Of a stretch of DNA of 64,000 nt, positions 50,001 to 59,185 are shown one piece after another. The notes beneath the pieces were generated by a model, which had not been told where the DNA came from, did not search any database, and was given only the letters and a program-made list of their open reading frames with translations. Location: positions 1-64,000 of the IMG/VR virus record IMGVR_UViG_3300022744_000020. One strand, written 5' to 3'. Within the stretch, counting starts at the first letter, position 1. Every line of letters starts with the position of its first letter. The position numbers and the translations under genes were made by a program.

Positions 50001-53000
50001 TTTTGAGCAGCCTTAATACCAGCCTCGGTAGCCGTCTTAGCAGCAGAGGACAAAGTCTTGAACAAAGATCCAGCCAGGGAGGATATTTCCTTCTTGGTTT
50101 TCTCCACTTGATCTTGGGTCTTCTGGGATGTCAGGGTTTTAGAAACCGCTTTCCCAGAACGTTGAGCAGCCTCAACGCCAGCCCGCACAGCTTGACCAGC
50201 AGAATCCGCTGCCTTTTGAGTTTTCGATTTCGGGACCTCGGTCTGACGGACTGTGCCCTCATCCGTAACTGAAGACTGAGGAGCGGCGACATCCGTTTGA
50301 GTCTGAACCATACCTTCAGCCGCAGGGCTTGGGGTGGGTGCCAAGCTTTGCATCGCTTGGTCTTTAATCTTACTTGCCCCACTTACTGCGTCTTGGTAGC
50401 TCTGGGCGGCCGCGTGCTGAACCTGATCAACGACCTGAGAAGCTCTTGAAACAATTGAAGCCGGTGGGTTAGGCAAAGGAGTCGAAGCGGGCAGCGGAGC
50501 GGGGGCTGAAACAACCGAAGCTGCGACAGCCGCACTTGCCGGATCACTCAAACCACGAACCACTTCGGCCGCAAATGTCTGCAGACTTTCCTGTACCGAT
50601 GTAGCAATCTTGCTAGAGATCTCTTTGGCTTGTTCGGCTTTACTCTCGACCAAATTACGGGCTGAATCCACTCGTTCCGAAACAGTCTCCGGAACGTTAT
50701 TTGGTACGTCCGTGATCGAACTCACCGAATCGGTCGATGTCGGGAGGTTATCCGGGCGTTTCGGACCCATCAACTCCTGCTGGAAATGCCGACGATAAGC
50801 CTGCATGATGACCCCAGCATCTTTATTGATGCCGTTTTCTTTTGCAGCTCTTGCCGCATCGCGGATCTTCTGGAGATCAAATCGACCATCGGTCTTGTAC
50901 GGGGCAAATTTATCCGGCTCAGAATCCTTGGGTGCGGAAGGTGGAGACTTCGGCTCGTTATTTGCCTGTAGGTCTTGAAGTCCTTGGGGAATTTCTTGGG
51001 TCTCTTGAGGGGTTGGGTCAGAATGCTCAGAGGTTTCTTTCGGCTGCCTTCTGAGTTTGGCTTTTTGCTCCTCCACCCAAGACTGACGACGAGTCGCACC
51101 ATCGATACTCGGCAGGTCCGCTCGATCTCCTGCTTTGCCTCGCGCCTTTGCTCCCTTGGAGGCTAATTGCGTCAACTCGTAAAAGGCTCGGGGATCGTGC
51201 CATTTGTTCTCTTTGATATACGCTTGGATCAGCTTGAAGACTTCTTCGGTCTTCAGTCCTTCCATTGCCTTGTCTTTGATCAGCGCGACGATCTTTTGCT
51301 TGTCCAATAAACCGTCCGTTCTCCAGGCGTCGAATCCATCATTGACCTTTTGAGTCAAGTTATCGATGTGGGAGCCGACCGTCGAGGTCACCGACTGCGT
51401 CGCTGTGGCAATGTTTTCACGAAGACCGGGAGTCCGCGTGTCGCCATTTTGATCCGCGCTACTTCCAGGCATTCTGATCGAAGAGATGCGACTCAGCAAA
51501 TCAGATCCGGCTGAGCCAACCTTCTCGGCAATCGCATTGATCTTGTCAATGATTAGCTCACCAATGCTGAGTTTGCCAACGTGCAACGAGTCTAACTTCC
51601 ATTGGGTGGGAAGGGTTGCTGCATTTCCCGACGGTTCTTGATTCGGTACAGGACCAGCACCCGTCGGGATATCCGCACTGGAGCCCGGCCCAACGTTGAG
51701 ATCTCCGATTGGAGCAACCTCCGAAATATCTCGGCGAAGCTGATCGCCAAAATGACTCGTGCTAGGACGAGCGTTGGGGAGCGTCGGCTTTTGCTTTTCC
51801 TGAGCGGACTGCATCAGTTCGGCCGTTCCCGTTTTACGAATCGTCAGGTCGATGATTTTCTGAGGATCGAGCTGCCCCCGCTCATCCATAAGTCCCAAAT
51901 CAATCAGGTCTCGACCATGTCCGAGCTTGTTGAGCTCTTCCATGATTTTTCGGGGATCCTTGATGGCCTCCCGCAATTTGAAGTATCCCGATTGAACCTC
52001 ATTAAGTTTCTTTTGATCCCCCTCCAGCTCATCGAAACGCCCCGACATGTGGGAGGTGATTTCCTGGCGAGTTTCGTGATCGGTTCCCCAATACTGATCT
52101 TCCTCAGCGTAGTTTTCACGATTGAAATGCTTATCGTTGATCGACCCATTCATCAATTTTTCTTTGAGTGCCACTTTGGCCTTCTCAGAAAGCTTGCCTT
52201 CAGGGTCGATCTTGGCAAACATCTCCTTGAACTTGTAATCGCTTCCTCTTTTCTCGCGCTCGCCCACCACGGTTTCAGCAAGGCGCTTGAGTTTTTCCGA
52301 TCGGTCAATGAGCTTCCCCGTCGACTGATCCACTTCGGTAAGCTCTATCGATTCATCGCCCGTGCGAAAGATCTGGACTTCTCTCAGAATTCGAGCCAGA
52401 TACCCTGGAATGATTTCATTGATCGAGCGTTCAGTTCTCTTGGTCATGCCAGCAGTAGGCATATCCAACTTGTCGGTAGAGCGGTCAGCGACCCTGGTGT
52501 CTACCCCAGAGCTTGGGATAAAATCAGCGAGCTCTTGCTTGACCATCCCCATCATCGTGGGGTCCCATTCATTCTGAGCGTCCTCTTTGAACTTTCTCAG
52601 ATCCGCACCAGCGTTGTTGCGTTTATTGATCAGCCATTCACTACCAGCGTTGATTTTCTGGGAGCCGTAGTCCAAACCGGCGTTGAGTTTGTCATTGAGC
52701 CAGCCGGATTTGGTATTGACTTTACGGTCCCGAGTGACGGCGTATTCTCTGATTCTTTTGCCAACCTTCTTACCCAGCCATTGGGTGCCGAAGCTGCCTG
52801 CGGCTTTGGCCGTTTCGACCTTGCCATCCAAAGGCATGCCGGCTTCTTCAGCCATCGCGGCGGCGTCCTTGGCCTGCTCGTGCATGTCGGCAGCGTCACG
52901 AACACCATCCTTGAATCCGCTGACGAGTCCATTAACCTTTTGAGTCGCCTTTTCTTTCAGATCTTTCAGTGCGGTCTCAATGAAAGCGTTGGCTCCTCCG

Positions 53001-53881
53001 AAGAGATTGTCCCCGATGGTCTGGACGATCTTTTGTTTGTTGTACTCTTTGAGGAATTCGACGTTGGTTTGTTTGACGAATTCAGGAAGGCCCGTGTTCT
53101 TGACGATCTTGGGGAAAGAGTCCAGTGTCATCTTCCCCGTAGAGTCACCAATCTTGACCAAGTCTTGAACAGCAAACAAAGTACGGTACGCTGCTTCAAG
53201 CTGCTTCTTTTGCAACTCAAGAGAAACGTTTCTACCCAACTGCTCCATCTTGGAAGTATCGACCTGGATTTGGCTGACCAGGGTCAGCATGTCCGTGTGT
53301 CGCTTCTGCTGGATGCCTTTCTCGATATCGCTCTGGGCTTCTTCCCTTTCTCGGGCCCATTCATCTCGCTGAATGTTGGCCTTCATCACCGAAGCGATTT
53401 GAGATTCAATGAAATTGTTTTGAATCTCCCCCTTGGAAGGGGCTCGATATACCGATTCCTCTTCGTTGGGTTCGCTTTTCCATTTATTCATCAAGTCTTT
53501 GACGGACTTGGGAACGTACTTGGATTCGGCCGGGATGATCTGGGTTGTGAGCTTCTTGAACTCTTTGATTGCGGGCTTGACCTCCTTGACGGCATCCCCG
53601 TAGAGGACTTGAGCGCTTCTGGAAACGCTCTTAGCCATGTCGTACGTTTCACCGTAGCCAGAAGGCAGAACATCCTTGAAGAGATTCTCCAAGAAGTTCG
53701 AGTCTTTCAGGCCGCTTTCAATGCCCGTCATCATGCCGTCGAGCACCTTCATCGAAGGGCTTCGATCGTCCGGAGGAGGCTCTGCATCAAACTCAAACGG
53801 ATCGCTGTCCAACTCCTTATCGAAATCAAAATCGTCCGGCGTCGCTTCTTGATGCTTAGGGGAGCGTGTGAAAATACTCAT
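44075..53881 (-). CDS. Tape-measure / tail-associated lysin (phiKZ gp181 homologue) with M15 peptidase and lytic transglycosylase domains
   Basis: IVKNTGLPEFVK and SINEIIPGYLARI motifs, Gly/Ala-rich TM region, M15 motifs (R...EQ..L, SLHGFG.AVD, EDWHLE) and SLT motifs (VESGF, GLNQF..GTW). Confidence 0.85.
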   Translation of the reverse strand: MSIFTRSPKHQEATPDDFDFDKELDSDPFEFDAEPPPDDRSPSMKVLDGMMTGIESGLKDSNFLENLFKDVLPSGYGETYDMAKSVSRSAQVLYGDAVKEVKPAIKEFKKLTTQIIPAESKYVPKSVKDLMNKWKSEPNEEESVYRAPSKGEIQNNFIESQIASVMKANIQRDEWAREREEAQSDIEKGIQQKRHTDMLTLVSQIQVDTSKMEQLGRNVSLELQKKQLEAAYRTLFAVQDLVKIGDSTGKMTLDSFPKIVKNTGLPEFVKQTNVEFLKEYNKQKIVQTIGDNLFGGANAFIETALKDLKEKATQKVNGLVSGFKDGVRDAADMHEQAKDAAAMAEEAGMPLDGKVETAKAAGSFGTQWLGKKVGKRIREYAVTRDRKVNTKSGWLNDKLNAGLDYGSQKINAGSEWLINKRNNAGADLRKFKEDAQNEWDPTMMGMVKQELADFIPSSGVDTRVADRSTDKLDMPTAGMTKRTERSINEIIPGYLARILREVQIFRTGDESIELTEVDQSTGKLIDRSEKLKRLAETVVGEREKRGSDYKFKEMFAKIDPEGKLSEKAKVALKEKLMNGSINDKHFNRENYAEEDQYWGTDHETRQEITSHMSGRFDELEGDQKKLNEVQSGYFKLREAIKDPRKIMEELNKLGHGRDLIDLGLMDERGQLDPQKIIDLTIRKTGTAELMQSAQEKQKPTLPNARPSTSHFGDQLRRDISEVAPIGDLNVGPGSSADIPTGAGPVPNQEPSGNAATLPTQWKLDSLHVGKLSIGELIIDKINAIAEKVGSAGSDLLSRISSIRMPGSSADQNGDTRTPGLRENIATATQSVTSTVGSHIDNLTQKVNDGFDAWRTDGLLDKQKIVALIKDKAMEGLKTEEVFKLIQAYIKENKWHDPRAFYELTQLASKGAKARGKAGDRADLPSIDGATRRQSWVEEQKAKLRRQPKETSEHSDPTPQETQEIPQGLQDLQANNEPKSPPSAPKDSEPDKFAPYKTDGRFDLQKIRDAARAAKENGINKDAGVIMQAYRRHFQQELMGPKRPDNLPTSTDSVSSITDVPNNVPETVSERVDSARNLVESKAEQAKEISSKIATSVQESLQTFAAEVVRGLSDPASAAVAASVVSAPAPLPASTPLPNPPASIVSRASQVVDQVQHAAAQSYQDAVSGASKIKDQAMQSLAPTPSPAAEGMVQTQTDVAAPQSSVTDEGTVRQTEVPKSKTQKAADSAGQAVRAGVEAAQRSGKAVSKTLTSQKTQDQVEKTKKEISSLAGSLFKTLSSAAKTATEAGIKAAQKASEELSNPKSGTRVLMDSVSSSVSEVSSDVRRYVESDETKQKLKDFQSTTREVRDNALATLGMSSSESNRTFADPVASPRVSSVAQPSQTGPAGQAATTRTEPKQPARSGKSESIGSPGVFSEDASSADPALVGIQKKALEKLTAIEKLLQSGNKGASKKSSWIGNLLRRKKPGAAQEEEQGPEFEPTPGSPKKGLIRRGLGMAGSTVLGINKAAWWATKKQFQGIGWLGKKALGLGPRDVYLHGEDDEPKLTSDGFKKKLYYDAQSGKPLSSHKDIKGEVKDFKGNVLLKEDEIPRLYYQEGVVKKLLNGATATLGALTKGVGKVVGAIAKATPGMLMWQTKMVGKAVKLPWTIAKGAYGLLDKPKDIYVKGLPNPVLIAAVMKAGGYISKVSQKPILKPSQIDGAVMDLEGNEILTHDMLQQGLVDENGKKIKTPLQKLMSPLTAVGKALWKTHVAAWGVTKKLTGAMWRGGKKVLSAIGGAAGRVAKGGWEKIFGEGPLLGLGMSSQKTNDILTDIYNLIDTRLPGGAPKSKNDKDGDGDRDGSWQDQRANAAAEGKKSLKDRIKGGIQKVKDKVDDKKKSLFEGIGDMLAGIRGIMDMGKGVLGAIKGLSKLTGFTKLLGMAARLAGFGGVASGLMGTGAAAAATGAVGAAGTAAAGAAAAGAATAGAAAAGGAATVAGGAAAAGGGSALLALLTNPVTIAAVGVGLAAYGGYKLYQHFKYQLTVQDKIRLVQYGLNKDDKDGYKAILSMERYLEPLVGSSGDGVKIDESKFPSKEIMGLFGLDHTDPQQAQHFFDWYQRRFKPVYLMTAGAMKQIAGSYSTDKISSLDKEKILQYIDLAKFPDGPYHLALSPYLDYKFGISSGGHVQAIIRQVMQELGLDKVKRKSATPLEPVKINAERPVDPNLAPDGKPSKESAGETVKTDVAFAGSKITVEAAVASYSAIKQEGHLGALDAVKFKAYGLTELTAEKVRILKELEAAISEGTISKAGSSSWNGNPEVLVEKFAGLFGIVDTYYTEGDDWKKWFQKRFLPIWLKFHSLYVQHTGKNNYSGNVSDLKPDQQYDTAKQLAAMSDCWEVTASPFPNYRLNTDPTSTKNNLTFLEEIVKKVKLMEDARKATPPAGPKDTAEASRAIKDKLAGTTGAKQRTFAEISAERTQTAAAASDGEAKPTSTGGGGGSGPSTPGVSGASVGTLNMAGGALSDGRNGFSSMVMGPKVIMEGMNPTFVKLLSGAAEEYKQLTGKKLRVNEATRTHAEQVRLRQLYGKGAAVPGESLHGFGFAVDAHGPDLTEMDKLGLLKKYGLTRPVGGEDWHLEPVGIQLGISKYKDRPDLADAAIASGVGRGGGGWGSVRGTPLGSRNLEMATKILQAPATPNVTTKPVDPSAASPSTAAAATPAAQAAGAPGPSKPSSLISSPGGSSVPGSVGEKGAAKPMAALAQVAKTAPGTPSAPASKSRFETINLDGAAPASKAEGEKKPEAMSGGSTPLKSKVETAGNGGAAPGVKPIMAMSPPDTNPNPGTLPPLKTGSKQEVASMVASAAKMVGAPVDLAVATVAVESGFDPKAGVQGVTGLGLNQFMPGTWAETVEKYGSKYKGMSFNDPKDGPANALMGAHYVKDAEARIKQIVPNPTPTDIHLGHFFGPYGAEKFLKNLKTNDTLSGARIFPGPSQKPGNSSVFFKKNGETKTLREIYNEFGEKLKTKAAAHGVNVAAVTSSIPSAPKSEGKSSGSESAGPATSKESTTPTNAAPSATSVPAIVPRKEPSKAAEKASSRPWRDAGASSVATLAPTVPETAQTAYTPAEIPQPPRTSSSSGPVESSKERADGYPTMSFGDAPPREDRRKRIPAPNSFPEFGFGNASFEGGKNAQRPENPQIALAQASLEPISNLLRDSVETEKKILQKVTEYMKYVQDRDSRAEKQAPATAAQPISVPDESEQRKQTPQRAAPQFENGGLPSQTVYRAAAPVSMRRNY

Positions 53882-53910
53882 GATTTTTGATTTGATTAAT
53901 TGAAGATGAG

Positions 53911-53960
53911 AAGATTCTTTTACTGTAGTGGGCTTAGGCTGTCCACAGTAAAAGAATCTT
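53911..53960. promoter_or_regulatory. AT-rich 16-bp inverted repeat in a divergent intergenic region
   Basis: AAGATTCTTTTACTGT (53911-53926) and ACAGTAAAAGAATCTT (53945-53960). Confidence 0.55.
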
Positions 53961-54063
53961 TTTGGTTCTTATTGGCTGCTCGTGAGCCAAGGGCGATATC
54001 GCCCGTCATGTCATGTGGCGCCCGCGCCGCAGTCAATGTCTTTTATCTCTGCTGGAGTAGCGC

Positions 54064-55698
54064 ATGCGTTTTAAACAATTCACCCCATTGAACTTGGGGA
54101 TTTTGATCATCGAAGACCGTATCGCCAAAGTGACCAAGCCTGTCACCAGTTTGGATGACTTCGATGGGATGACAAAGAATTTTCACAAAGACGGTTTGTT
54201 CTCCCAAGAAATTTTTGGATTGGTCGGCTCGGACATGCGATTCAAGAAGTATTCTTGGATCAACATGAAGGTTGGGGTTCTTCACCCTGAGGCTCATTCA
54301 TGTTTGGTAGCTTTGAAAGGACTCTACGGCGGAATTCTCCGGGGGTCCGATTACGCCATTTGGGACGAAGAGAAGAAGGACTTTTTCAAAAGCAATGCGC
54401 TGGAGGGTCAGACCGGATACCAGTTCTTCATTGACCACTGGAAGGACATCGTCTTTGAGCGGAACAAGTCGGTTCAGCGATCAGAAATGATTGACTTCTT
54501 GGAGAAGTACAAAAACCGATTGGTGTTGGATCGTCTGTTTGTCTTCGCCGCCGGCTACCGCGATCTGGAGACTGACGACACGGGTCGTGCTACTTCGGAT
54601 GACGTGAACAAACTCTACAAGAAGGTTCTGGCGATCTCGAATACCGTGGACCCCACGACTCTGGAGTACACGCCAAACGCCTACAACACTCAGCGCTTCT
54701 CGCTTCAATTGGCACTGAACGAGATTTACGAATACGTTTTCAACATTCTGGACGGTAAGAACGGAATGTTCATGGGCAAGTACGCTTCGCGTGCTCTGTC
54801 TTATGGCACACGAAACGTGATCACATCGCTGAAGTTGGACAACTCCAGGTTGGGGGCCAAGGGTAATGTTCGTGCCAACCATGCCGGCATCGGTATTTAC
54901 CAGTTGGCAAAGGCAATTGAGCCAGTTGCTATCTTCCATCTGAAGAACGGCTTCCTCTCCAAGGTCTTCACGTCGCAGACGAGTCCAGCGCTGCTTTGCA
55001 ATCCCAACACGATGCGCTCTGAGAGAGCCATGGTGGAGACGAAGGATTTTGATCGTTGGATGACCCGTCCTGGTTTGTCGGATGTTATCAACTACTACGC
55101 CAACCCTGGGGTTCGAAACAAGCCCATCATGGTGGGAAGTTATTACCTGGGTTTGATCTACCGGGGTCCGGATAAGACTTTCAAGTTACTCAGTGGCATT
55201 GACGAGCTGCCACGAGGGAGAAATCCGGAAGACTGTAGTCCCATCACCTACACGGATCTTCTCTACATCGCCTTGTACCGAAGAGCTGAGAAATACCCGC
55301 TCTTCGTGACTCGGTATCCGATTGACTCGGATCGCTCTACATTCCCAGCCAAGCCGTATCTTTTCTCCACCATTGAAACGGAAGTAAGAAAAGAGCTGGA
55401 TGATCAGTGGCAAGAACAGCCTCCTGAATTCACCGCATACCAGTTTCCAGTTTCGACCAGCGATACGTTCGGCTCGCTGGCTCCTCACCCTGGACGACTG
55501 GCAAAAATGAAAGCGGACTTTGACGGGGACATGTCCTCGGCAAATTCCGTAATGGCTGAAGAATCTATCGAGGATGTGGATTCTTTAATGAATAACAAAC
55601 GTTTCTACGTCGGGGCTGATGGGCAGTTTGTGATCAACTGCGCTACCGACACTGTGAAATATGTCCTGATGGCCATGACCCGAAAGGTTTCCCAATGA
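54064..55698 (+). CDS. Virion RNA polymerase beta-prime-like catalytic subunit (phiKZ gp180 homologue)
   Basis: ADFDGD catalytic motif, plus DGLFSQEIFG, GTRNVIT and TRYP. Confidence 0.92.
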   Translation: MRFKQFTPLNLGILIIEDRIAKVTKPVTSLDDFDGMTKNFHKDGLFSQEIFGLVGSDMRFKKYSWINMKVGVLHPEAHSCLVALKGLYGGILRGSDYAIWDEEKKDFFKSNALEGQTGYQFFIDHWKDIVFERNKSVQRSEMIDFLEKYKNRLVLDRLFVFAAGYRDLETDDTGRATSDDVNKLYKKVLAISNTVDPTTLEYTPNAYNTQRFSLQLALNEIYEYVFNILDGKNGMFMGKYASRALSYGTRNVITSLKLDNSRLGAKGNVRANHAGIGIYQLAKAIEPVAIFHLKNGFLSKVFTSQTSPALLCNPNTMRSERAMVETKDFDRWMTRPGLSDVINYYANPGVRNKPIMVGSYYLGLIYRGPDKTFKLLSGIDELPRGRNPEDCSPITYTDLLYIALYRRAEKYPLFVTRYPIDSDRSTFPAKPYLFSTIETEVRKELDDQWQEQPPEFTAYQFPVSTSDTFGSLAPHPGRLAKMKADFDGDMSSANSVMAEESIEDVDSLMNNKRFYVGADGQFVINCATDTVKYVLMAMTRKVSQ

Positions 55699-58600
55699 GC
55701 ATGAATTTTGACATCTGGCTGCGCAAGTTTGCAGCCCATGAACTCTCTCAGGTCGTTACCCCGAAGCTGAGAACCCTCAACGATTGGGAGTTCCCGCAAT
55801 CGTCGGTTTATCACTATCAGCTTGCGGATGGAATCGAGATGGGTCCAGGACCTGACGATATCTACGTCCGAAAGATTGAGCGCGCCATCCTCTTCCAGAA
55901 CGTCACGAAGCTCAGTCGTCTGGAAGGTAATCCGAGATTCAGTGCCGGGTTGGAAACCAACATCATCAAGGCTTATCGCGCCAGTAATAAACGCGTGAGA
56001 CCTTTGGCTACTTTGGCTTCTGCGGTATCCGACACCCAGTCTCTGCTGCTGATTAACTACGCGCCGCTGGGGAAAACCTATCGGTACGTGAAGAATGTTT
56101 TCACCGTTTATCACAAGTGGCTGAACTCTTTCTCCACCACGGTGGATGAAATCGTTAAAGCCTGCGAGGTGTTGCCGCATCATGCGCATTTCCTCTTTGC
56201 TGGAACGCCAACGCTGATCCCCAGCGTTTCTCAGTACGAAAGTGCTGAGAAGAATTTCGTGCAGAACGATCTGAAGTTCTTCATCGGTCGAGATGCGTTC
56301 TTGTCGCTGGAATTCTGGAAGTGGCTGTCATCGAATCGTCAGGCAAGCATTCTGGCGAAGATCCCCAAGAATCACCTGAAGAAAGTGAACATCGTCTACC
56401 AAGAAACGGGTAAATGGGTTTGCTTGAACCTGGGTTATCTGGACAGTTTCCGGAATCCTCAAGCAAACGATCCATGGGCTGGGATGGAGTCGGGAGTTGC
56501 CAAGCCTGATAGCAGCCTTTCCCCGGAGCAGATTCAAAAGCGCTATCTTCGTTTCCTGATGACTCTCATGCAAGAGAGAACGGTCACGGCCAACACCGAA
56601 GACGAAGACGATAAAGCCGATGATGCACGCATCGGGCAAATCGAGAAAGGCGCACCTGAAATCAAGAAAGAGGATCAGCAAGCTGACGGTGGTGATGACG
56701 TTGGTCTTACGCCGGAACAAGTGGCTGCAAAGATCCAGGCTGAGGATGCAGAGATCGATCACGACTTGGCTCAGCTCAACGAAATACTCTCGAAAAATTA
56801 CAACAAGCAAACGGAGAGTGTTGCCGAGATCCTACAGGCACCAATGTCGGAGATAGAAGCCAACACGATCGACAGATGCCAACGACTGGCGGAAGATGGT
56901 CTGCTGACCGCCAAGGAGATGGCGCGCTTCAAGAAACTCTCCACGTCATACAAGTCTTTACCGAGCCCTTATGGTGACGGCACCATTGAGCAAAGCATCG
57001 ATTTGTCGGATCCTGAGCTGACTAAGCTCAAAGTGCAGGAGATCATCAAGACTCCCACGGTTCACGACGAGTCGATGCTGAAATCCAGTCTGACGACATT
57101 CGATCTGGATTATCAAAAGAAAACGCTCAACAAGCACACCGTTGCCTGCGTGATGGCCGCTCAACGAGCAGGTGGTGCGATCACCGCCTACGAAGTTGAT
57201 AAGGTCGAAAACATCCTTGGCGCTTACGAAGTACACAGCGTCAAGTACGTTCCGATCGAAGGAGCCCCGAGCACTTGGAAATTCAAACGACCTGTTCTGA
57301 ATGATGATGGCACGTTCACTTCGAATGGAACTCGGTATCGCTTGAGAAAGCAGCGTATCGATCTTCCGATTCGCAAAATTTCACCGAAGGAAGTTTTGCT
57401 GACAAGCTATTTCGGTAAAGTCAAGGTACTCAGATCGCGCAAGCGACAACACGACTTTGGCGAATGGCTGGCTGATCGTGTCATGAATGACGCGATGACC
57501 AAACGCAATCCGCTCATCACCAGTGTGTCGATGAGCGACAGCTTTGATTCAGAGCTGAAGGCGCCTCGAGCCTACACCAGCCTGTCCATGAATTATCGGT
57601 TCATTGACACGCCTCAATGGAGGCTGATGTTTGACCAGGAAGAAGTTCTCAAAGCAGTGGATCCTGCTGTGACGAACGCGGCACGGTCCTTGGGGAATTT
57701 GGTCATCTCCTACAGAGAAGATGGCGGGTACCTCATGCTTGACTCGCATGGTGCCGTGCATGAAGTCCTTCCGGACCAACCAGTCAAGGTACTCACGAGT
57801 CTGGAGGAGTTTCTCGGAATCCCGGTACATGAAGCTCCGATTGATTTTGCTGAGGTGAAGATCTACGGCAAAGAAATCCCGGTGGGTCTGATCCTGTCTT
57901 ATTACAAGGGACTGAGCAATCTGCTGAACATTCTGGGCATTCAGTACCGAAGAGAGCAAACGGGCACACGAACGACGGCGAATCTGGGCGAGTGGGCCCT
58001 CACCTTTGCAGATGAGCGCCTTGTCTTCTCCAGAGACGATAAGTTTGCTTGTCTGGTTTTGGGTGGGTTCCGAGATTACCAAAAGATCCTCACGCTTTAT
58101 TCGGTCTACTCTTTCGATCAGCGGGGAGTCTACCTGAATGTGCTGGAATCGGCAAAGCTGGGCGTTCGCTATCTGAGGGAGATGGGTTTGATGAACGACA
58201 TGTTCGTTGATCCCATCACGCTTGAGATCCTGAAGAAGATGAAGGAGCCCCAGAAGTTTGAAGGGCTCCTGCTGCGCGCATGTGAACTTCTCCTCAGCGA
58301 CAGCCACCCGAAGGAAATCGATCCTGACTTCATGCGCATTCGAGGGAACGAACGATTCGCTGGTGTCATCTACACCGAAATCGTGGCCAGCCTTCGTGCG
58401 CACAACGCTCAGATTGGGAAGTCTGGCAAGCGCGTAGAAATGCATCCGTTTGCTATCGATAAGCGAATCAGTGAAGATTCGTCTAAGATGCAATGCGACG
58501 AGCTGAATCCCATTCAAGCGCTGAAAGAAATCGAAGCTGTTACCTACACGGGTGAGGGTGGTAGATCTATCCGCTCGATGACGAAGAAGACCCGAGGCTA

Positions 58601-58799
58601 CCACAAGAACGATCGGGATCTGATTTCTGAAGCGACGGTGGATAGCTCGATGGTGGCTATCAATGTCTATACCAGTGCGAATCCAAAGCTGGAAGACCTC
58701 AGCGGAAATGCCGAGAAACGAGTAGGCACTGAGAAATCGACACCGGGATCCATGCTTTCTACGTCGGCTCTACTCGCACCCGCGTGTGACCGTGACGAT
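55695..58799 (+). CDS. Virion RNA polymerase beta-like subunit (phiKZ gp178 homologue), exon 1
   Basis: DLPIRKI, TYTGEGGRS and ISEATVDS motifs. Ends STSALLAPACDRDD, where an intron begins; unspliced, it stops at TAA 58800-58802. Confidence 0.88.
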
Positions 58800-59185
58800 T
58801 AAGTCGTACTGAATAGGTGCGATATGGTCACCCTTGACGGTAACGTCTCGTGGTAATCCTCTTGAACTGCGGGGACCCCCTTAGAGCCTTGTGTACCAAG
58901 TGCGGTCCGTAATGATCGCATGGCCGTTCTAACCAAACGGGTATGGTAAAAAGCACAAGGATTGGGAAATCGCGCATCCAAGCTTCCCACTTACCGATGA
59001 GTCGGTAAAGGAAGAAGGTTCAACGACTAGGGCCTTGTCAGCCCGTACCTACCAAGCGGTGGGGAAGTAGGAGGCTCCAGAAGAGATTCTGGATGCAGAT
59101 ATAGTCTGTTCTGCATCGAAAGGTGCAGCAGTCCAGCTAAACGTAAGCTGGACGGTCTGGATTAGCGTCCCAGATGAACATAAAG
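58800..59185 (+). ncRNA. Group I self-splicing intron (IA-like, 386 nt, no homing endonuclease ORF)
   Basis: 5' exon ends in U. P1 is ACGAU|UAA-GUCGU with a U-G wobble at the splice site. P7 is GACUA (59025-29) / UAGUC (59102-06), with P7.1 and P7.2 stems, GNRA-capped P8 and P9, and a terminal G. Removal restores DRDD-PKRINF in frame. Confidence 0.9.

Noticed and set aside
51602-53890. 762-aa plus-strand ORF
   Set aside because: Antisense shadow of the tape-measure gene, with no recognisable motifs; expected from codon bias.
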